Positions 35,242-40,123 of a stretch of DNA of 40,123 bases are shown here, in pieces. The translations under genes and the position numbers were made by a program. How positions within the stretch are numbered: the first letter of the stretch is position 1; every line of letters begins with the position of its first letter. The DNA is taken from NCBI GenBank assembly GCA_964645485.1, contig CAZXZO010000003.1, positions 62,357 through 102,479 on the forward strand, read 5' to 3'. The notes below the pieces were generated by a model. It worked only from the letters and a program-made list of their open reading frames with translations, searched no databases and was not told the DNA's origin. The stretch comes from an uncultured Candidatus Poseidoniales archaeon (lineage in GTDB: Archaea; Thermoplasmatota; Poseidoniia; Poseidoniales; Thalassarchaeaceae).

Positions 35242-37887
35242 TCATAATCGCCTTTGAGGAGACTCTCTTAGTCCAGAATGGTATCCACTTTTTCCCGCTG
35301 CTAATCTTGTTGATATTTCTGAGTCGCCGCTGATAATTTCAGAAGCAGTGAAGGCTGGCCAAAGTTCGCTGGGTTGCAATAACCATCCAACCATTGGATG
35401 AATTTTCCCGACAACAGGTTTTGTCCCAAGTAATATTGATTTCAAGGCATTAATAATGTCAGTCAACTCTGCAAATCCATGCAACTCTTCATCAAAATCA
35501 ACTCCTTGTAGAATCCGCTCTAAACGCGAAACAAGGTCTGAAGGACACCCTGGGTGTTCAACATCACCTATTCCAGGAATAGTATGTAACTCACCAATTG
35601 GTCGGAAAAGAGCTGCCGCCCAAGGAATTTTTTCCATAATTAGAACATCCCGTCCACCTGTCCCGTCAGTAATTGTATTGAGCAATAGTGGTGAAAATGG
35701 AGCCCACCATTCAAGGGGGAGAGTTGTGATTTCTCTAATTTCCTCAATAGTTGGAGTTCTTTCTTCTCTCACTATCGATAGTAGTGATGTCCATCCGTGG
35801 ATAAGTTGTGATGATCTCTGAGAGTCCTCAACTTTCTTGACCCAAGTATCATCTAATGCTCCTTGAGAAGACAGCCAATTTAATCCGATTAAAGCTGGAA
35901 TTATATTTGATGGCAAAGATTTCGAAATACTATTTGGCGCCCACCTCGCCAAATCATCAGTGAGTTCTGATGGTAACCATGCAACCTGTGAAAGCAGAGT
36001 GGATGTAAGCCAAGCCGAGGCTGAATCACTGAAATTATGGGAATCAATTAGAGTTCTCAATCTCAATGCTAAATCATCTTCATTGCGAATTCTTTGTACA
36101 AGGTGATTGTGGGCAGATTCCTGCCAATCATAAGGGGCTGTACCTGCAACTTCAGCTAGATATTCTATTGGAACTTCCTCTACTTGTAGCAGAGGAATCC
36201 ATTCTGAACCCAACCTTATGCCCTGTCGACGCCATAAGGCCCATCGGTTTTCTTCTGGACAAGCAATCCATGCTGCTAAAGGATCTACGGCTTCAATTCT
36301 ATCAGCCCAATCAGCATCACCCTCGGGATATCTAAGAGATGCGGCAAACATTCTCATTTCTTCGGATGATTCTTCGGTTGCATTAGGTGGTGCTGAACCG
36401 CCGGCAGCAATTTTCGCCGCTAAAACAACCTCCTGTAAACTTGAAGCAGTGGTTGGAGGATTCCAAAGTGGAGGAGGGGATGTGAAACTGGGTGGTGGCC
36501 GATGTGTCACCTTGCAAGGTAATTCAACATCTCCAGCCAATTTCAACAGGTACCAAGAGAGAGGCCTAATCGGGTCGGGCCTAAGAGTGGGGTAGGCCAG
36601 TGATTCTTCTGGCTCCCCAGATAGAATTGCTAATCTAGTTCTTGGGTCTTGAAAGATGGAGTGCAATTGTCCAGTGTCATGTTGGTCTGGAGGGTATTGC
36701 AATACTACCGGAGTTGTTTCTTGACGGGACAAAGACCAATCTATCAAAGAAAGCCAAGCCGCGGAAGATAATCCCTGAACGTCGATAATTGTGTTCTCTA
36801 CATCGGTTTTCTCGCTCCACTGACTATTGGGCCAATCTGATTGAAATCGCCTCCAAGTTGATTCTTCAACTCTGATGTTACCACTTCGTTTACGTCGTCC
36901 TTTACGTATCGCTTGGGTCAAACCCTGTAATCGGTGTCTACGTTCTGTCTGTGAGAGCCGAGGATGAGCTCGATTAATCCATGATTCAAGAATTGAAAGA
37001 GGTAAGACATCACCTTGACGTCCTAATAGTGATGCCTCTGCAATTACGAGAGCACCGCTAGAAGCCGCCGAAAGTAGGGTGGTTGTGGAAAGTCTGTCCG
37101 GCAAGATTGCACAAATTGGGCATTGTGACTGGAGTGGGGGGGCTGATTCATGTGCAGTACCAAGGGTCCAAGATTCTGATTCGCCCATCGGCATTGGAAG
37201 ATCAGGCCACCCTTCTATTGGTGGTTCACCAAACCAACTGCCAATTGCTAATTTGAGTGATTGGCGTGGGTCCAATAATCGTGCGCGAACTAATCCAATC
37301 ACAGGAGATGGTTCTACCCAATCTGACAATGAGGAAGTAGATTGGTCCCAGGTAGGTGTGGAAACTTGCTCTAAGGTTTCCAAATCATACCATCTCACTT
37401 CAGCTTCACGTGCGACTGCCCAAACATACCCGTCCTTCACCCCTTGAGTTCCACTAGAGATTGATGCTTGGTCAGATTGGCTAAAATCGGCGCTCCAAGG
37501 CATTGGAATCAGGGGGCTAGAGAGAGGTTTCGTGTAAGCAAGTAATAGTTGTGGGCCATCTTTTGCAAGTAATTTTCCAACTGCGTGTTCGGGAATTAAA
37601 TCAACCCTACTTTCGGATAATCTAGCCAACTCATCACCGATGAAAACTTGCCATCCTGCCGCTGTGAGATGTTGTTTTGCTCCTCTTTGTCCAGGCCCAG
37701 AATCTGACTGAACAAGGCCTTCTGCCCTCATTCTCTTCAATTCTGCAGACGCATGTGGCAAACGCAACCCAACGGCTTTACTACAACCTGTGACTGTTGA
37801 AGGACCATCGGACAGATGGTCCAATAACCGTCTTCGATAACTTCCTCGAATTCGGGAATAGGTCACAGAATTACCACTCTTGGCCAT
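35242..37887 (-). CDS. Hypothetical 881-aa protein with N-terminal ArsR-like winged helix-turn-helix
   Basis: RRRLLDHLSDGPSTVTGCSKAVGLRLPHASAELKRMRAEGLV resembles a wHTH. The Trp/Pro-rich remainder is unrecognised. Confidence 0.75.
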   Translation of the reverse strand: MAKSGNSVTYSRIRGSYRRRLLDHLSDGPSTVTGCSKAVGLRLPHASAELKRMRAEGLVQSDSGPGQRGAKQHLTAAGWQVFIGDELARLSESRVDLIPEHAVGKLLAKDGPQLLLAYTKPLSSPLIPMPWSADFSQSDQASISSGTQGVKDGYVWAVAREAEVRWYDLETLEQVSTPTWDQSTSSLSDWVEPSPVIGLVRARLLDPRQSLKLAIGSWFGEPPIEGWPDLPMPMGESESWTLGTAHESAPPLQSQCPICAILPDRLSTTTLLSAASSGALVIAEASLLGRQGDVLPLSILESWINRAHPRLSQTERRHRLQGLTQAIRKGRRKRSGNIRVEESTWRRFQSDWPNSQWSEKTDVENTIIDVQGLSSAAWLSLIDWSLSRQETTPVVLQYPPDQHDTGQLHSIFQDPRTRLAILSGEPEESLAYPTLRPDPIRPLSWYLLKLAGDVELPCKVTHRPPPSFTSPPPLWNPPTTASSLQEVVLAAKIAAGGSAPPNATEESSEEMRMFAASLRYPEGDADWADRIEAVDPLAAWIACPEENRWALWRRQGIRLGSEWIPLLQVEEVPIEYLAEVAGTAPYDWQESAHNHLVQRIRNEDDLALRLRTLIDSHNFSDSASAWLTSTLLSQVAWLPSELTDDLARWAPNSISKSLPSNIIPALIGLNWLSSQGALDDTWVKKVEDSQRSSQLIHGWTSLLSIVREERTPTIEEIREITTLPLEWWAPFSPLLLNTITDGTGGRDVLIMEKIPWAAALFRPIGELHTIPGIGDVEHPGCPSDLVSRLERILQGVDFDEELHGFAELTDIINALKSILLGTKPVVGKIHPMVGWLLQPSELWPAFTASEIISGDSEISTRLAAGKSGYHSGLRESPQRRL

Positions 37888-38087
37888 AAGGACATCTCCG
37901 ACACCTCAACAGGGGGCTAGTTATGCGGGGGTTGTTCGCAGTACTTCAATTGTTTCTTTAGTTACCATTCATTACACATTTCCACTGGAGAACGTTAGGT
38001 TTTACTAACTCACCGATTATTTTATTCTCTAAGCATGCAATAAATATGTCACTATCTGTAACAACTATGCGTCATCTGTGGCAACGG

Positions 38088-38093
38088 TTATAT
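38088..38093 (+). promoter_or_regulatory. Putative TATA box of the DUF3860-like gene
   Basis: TTATAT lies 86 nt upstream of ATG 38179. SD-like GGAGG (38159) and AGGTGA (38167) precede the start. Confidence 0.35.
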
Positions 38094-38178
38094 CAGTGAC
38101 AGCATTCGCTCAGGTCAGACGGTGTAAAGTCCCCTTGTGGACTTCCGTTGATTGACTCGGAGGAAAAGGTGAAAATAA

Positions 38179-38481
38179 ATGAAGACAGTTAGAATCAGAC
38201 AGAAAATTAAGGCGTTCCTCTCTGAAAGACCGCGCAACACAGCAGAAATTCTTGAGCACATCAACACTACAATGCGTCACGGCACAACAAGCCAACAACT
38301 AGGTAATGTTCTCTCCAAAGATAAAGACATCGTGAAGGTGGGGTACATCAAGAGAAGTGGAATACTTTCAGGTGGATATGATATCTGTGAGTGGGCAATT
38401 GTCGACTGGGTAAAGGACAAGCACCCAGAATGGAAACCTGGTCAACCATTTCTCCTTGACCAAGATGAACCTGGCTTCTGA
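38179..38481 (+). CDS. Small basic winged-helix protein resembling DUF3860
   Basis: RQKIKAFLSERPRNTAEILEHIN...TTSQQLGNVLSKDKDIVKVG...EW matches my recollection of the DUF3860 wHTH family. Strong SD sequence. Confidence 0.7.
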   Translation: MKTVRIRQKIKAFLSERPRNTAEILEHINTTMRHGTTSQQLGNVLSKDKDIVKVGYIKRSGILSGGYDICEWAIVDWVKDKHPEWKPGQPFLLDQDEPGF

Positions 38482-38681
38482 ATGACAAGTGTCACAACAG
38501 AATCGTAGCCATCTATTATGCCCTAGAAAGGGTAACTCGGCATTTTGGAAGACTATGATTCTATTATCAAGTTCACTCAAGAGAGAAAATCTTTCAGGTC
38601 TCCTTAAAGATCGTGCATCAAATAATTTTCAAGTGCCTGAAGGGATAATTCAGTGAACAATATTGTTCACAAGTTAAGCAA

Positions 38682-39692
38682 TCAATTCTCAAGTGATATG
38701 TCCCAATCACCAGATCGTGCAAGACTGTTCATCTTGGCACGATGTGAAAATGCATTTTGGCTATCTTCTGGTGTTCCCGAAGCCCAAGTTTGGAGTGCTG
38801 CTGCTTGTAGAGCCCTACCGTATGAATACGAAAGTTGCCACGGTGGGTTTTCTTCCATCGCATTCATCAAATTAAGATGGGCGGTGGCGTCCTCATCTGA
38901 TTGCCCGCCTGAAAGGAAAACTATCCCTGGTAAATTCTTGGGTACATTCTCATGTAAACATTTGAGGGTTAGTTGTGCCACTTCTTCTCTTGAAATTTGG
39001 TGTGTACAATCTTTTCCAGCAATTATCATATTTGGTTTTAGCAAAGCACCGGGAATGTGAACACCCTGGTCTTCGCAAGCGGCGAATGTTGCTGTTAGTA
39101 TATTTGCAGTGACAGAGTAACAACGTCCAGCGTCGTGATCTCCATCCATCAACACTTCTGGCTCGATTATTGGGACCAAACCCTGTTCTTGACAAATTGC
39201 TGAATAGCGCGCTAATGCATGCGCATTTGCAGTTATGCAAGCCTGTGAAGGGATTCCATCAGCAATCGTGATGACTGCCCGCCATTTGGCAAATCGTGCA
39301 CCCATATTGAAATATTCAATACATCTACTTCTCAATCCATCTAAACCTTCTGTGATTTTTTCTCCTTCATGATTAGCCAGTGGATGAGCACCTGTGTCAA
39401 CTTTAATGCCTGGAAGAATATCTTGAGCAATCATGTAATCGGGTATTGCAGTTCCATCGTCCATCATTTGTCTGATGGTTTCGTCAAAGAGAATAACACC
39501 ACTGACCGCAGTTTCACAACCAGATGTTGCAAACAAATTAGCACGGTAAGATCGGCGTGCCTCTTCTGATGGATCTACCCCAACCCCTTGGAGTCGGCTA
39601 CTCATTGTCCCCGTACTTTCATCGGCGGCTAGAATCCCTCGCCCAGGTGAGACCAATTTATTGGCATTTTCTTCAAGCATTTTAGTGTCCAT
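38682..39692 (-). CDS. fba: Class I fructose-bisphosphate aldolase (eukaryote/bacterial-type Schiff-base enzyme)
   Basis: GILAADESTGT, IKVDTG, RFAKWR, EPEVLMDG, LKPNM (Schiff-base Lys), FLSGGQS, SYGRALQ. Start set at ATG 39692. Confidence 0.93.
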   Translation of the reverse strand: MDTKMLEENANKLVSPGRGILAADESTGTMSSRLQGVGVDPSEEARRSYRANLFATSGCETAVSGVILFDETIRQMMDDGTAIPDYMIAQDILPGIKVDTGAHPLANHEGEKITEGLDGLRSRCIEYFNMGARFAKWRAVITIADGIPSQACITANAHALARYSAICQEQGLVPIIEPEVLMDGDHDAGRCYSVTANILTATFAACEDQGVHIPGALLKPNMIIAGKDCTHQISREEVAQLTLKCLHENVPKNLPGIVFLSGGQSDEDATAHLNLMNAMEENPPWQLSYSYGRALQAAALQTWASGTPEDSQNAFSHRAKMNSLARSGDWDISLEN

Positions 39693-39921
39693 AAGTACCA
39701 CTCATGTGACACGAGGTGGCTCGGCATTTTCAAGTCATCGCTGGCATTTGACAATCAAAATCGAAGTCATCTGCAGAGATAAAAATTGGATTAGTGTATA
39801 ATAATAATCAACCAATTTCTTTAACTATACAATCGCATTAAAGAGATTCAAGTCAGAACATGAATACTGCGCGATTGACATTCAGACGAAAAAAAATTGA
39901 AGCCGAAAAGAAGGAATTAGC

Positions 39922-40107
39922 ATGGTTGAAAGTAACTTGACATGTCCTGAGTGTAGTCACACTGAATCAATTGAAATGCCGACTAATAGCTGCCTTTTCT
40001 TCCATCAGTGTAATAATTGTAAAATTACTCTGAAACCCAAAGAAGGTGACTGTTGTGTTTTTTGCAGTTATGGAGATAAGTTGTGCCCACCAAAGGGCGG
40101 TTGCTAG
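39922..40107 (+). CDS. GDCCVxC-domain small Cys-rich protein
   Basis: LTCPECSHTESIEMP...FHQCNNC...LKPKEGDCCVFCSYGDKLCPP matches the family pattern. Confidence 0.85.
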   Translation: MVESNLTCPECSHTESIEMPTNSCLFFHQCNNCKITLKPKEGDCCVFCSYGDKLCPPKGGC

Positions 40108-40123
40108 AATTTTATTGAGGATA

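Noticed and set aside
34766-35247. Several short ORFs over the GC-rich segment
   Set aside because: They are overlapping, Arg/Pro-rich translations on both strands with no motifs, as expected from GC-rich RNA. The terminal helix and tetraloop favour an RNA gene.
37979-37993. ORB-like TTTCCACTGGAGAAC in the intergenic region
   Set aside because: It is a single copy with no following G-string, 5.7 kb from cdc6. An 8-bp-specified palindrome is expected by chance at roughly this frequency in 40 kb.
39922-40107. Selenocysteine recoding linking the GDCCVxC protein to the SelB-like gene
   Set aside because: There is no in-frame TGA, and the SelB-like protein lacks a P-loop and belongs to a family not tied to Sec insertion.
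1-40123. CRISPR arrays, IS elements, prophage or provirus
   Set aside because: No regularly spaced repeats, transposase, integrase or viral structural motifs were seen. The only tandem repeats are in-frame linker repeats.

Overview
Gene-dense archaeal chromosomal segment. It is most likely from a marine Thermoplasmatota archaeon (Marine Group II/Ca. Poseidoniales or a relative); this is inferred from orc1/cdc6, a TBP-fold gene, the PPAT-DPCK fusion, an aSelB-like factor, a DUF3860-like wHTH protein and a CCA-less tRNA, not from a database search. The standout is a minus-strand three-gene unit at 2799-12888: FabI enoyl reductase, a 2854-aa type I synthase (KS-AT-degenerate ACP-KS-ACP-ACP-KR-DH) and an Sfp-type PPTase. 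Together they supply every activity of an ACP-dependent fatty-acid/polyketide cycle except chain release, in a domain of life that generally lacks ACP-based synthesis. Both KS domains keep Cys-His-His, and both recognisable ACPs carry Thr (GIDTVKQ) where the phosphopantetheine-accepting Ser normally sits. A convergent gene encodes an MFS transporter fused to a large signal-peptide-bearing domain. A second notable item is a ~270-nt, 63% GC structured RNA candidate (34921-35190) that I could not assign by eye to canonical SRP or RNase P RNA. The rest is mostly housekeeping or accessory: tRNA-Gly, TatD, a degenerate TBP paralog, isovaleryl-CoA dehydrogenase, a 1946-aa surface protein, THUMP-less ThiI, hotdog thioesterase, biotin carboxylase, CysJ-like FNR module, MBL hydrolase, cdc6 with an AT-rich upstream region, GT2, coaD-DPCK, class I aldolase and a GDCCVxC protein. 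No CRISPR array, integrase or transposase was seen. All calls come from motif reading by eye.
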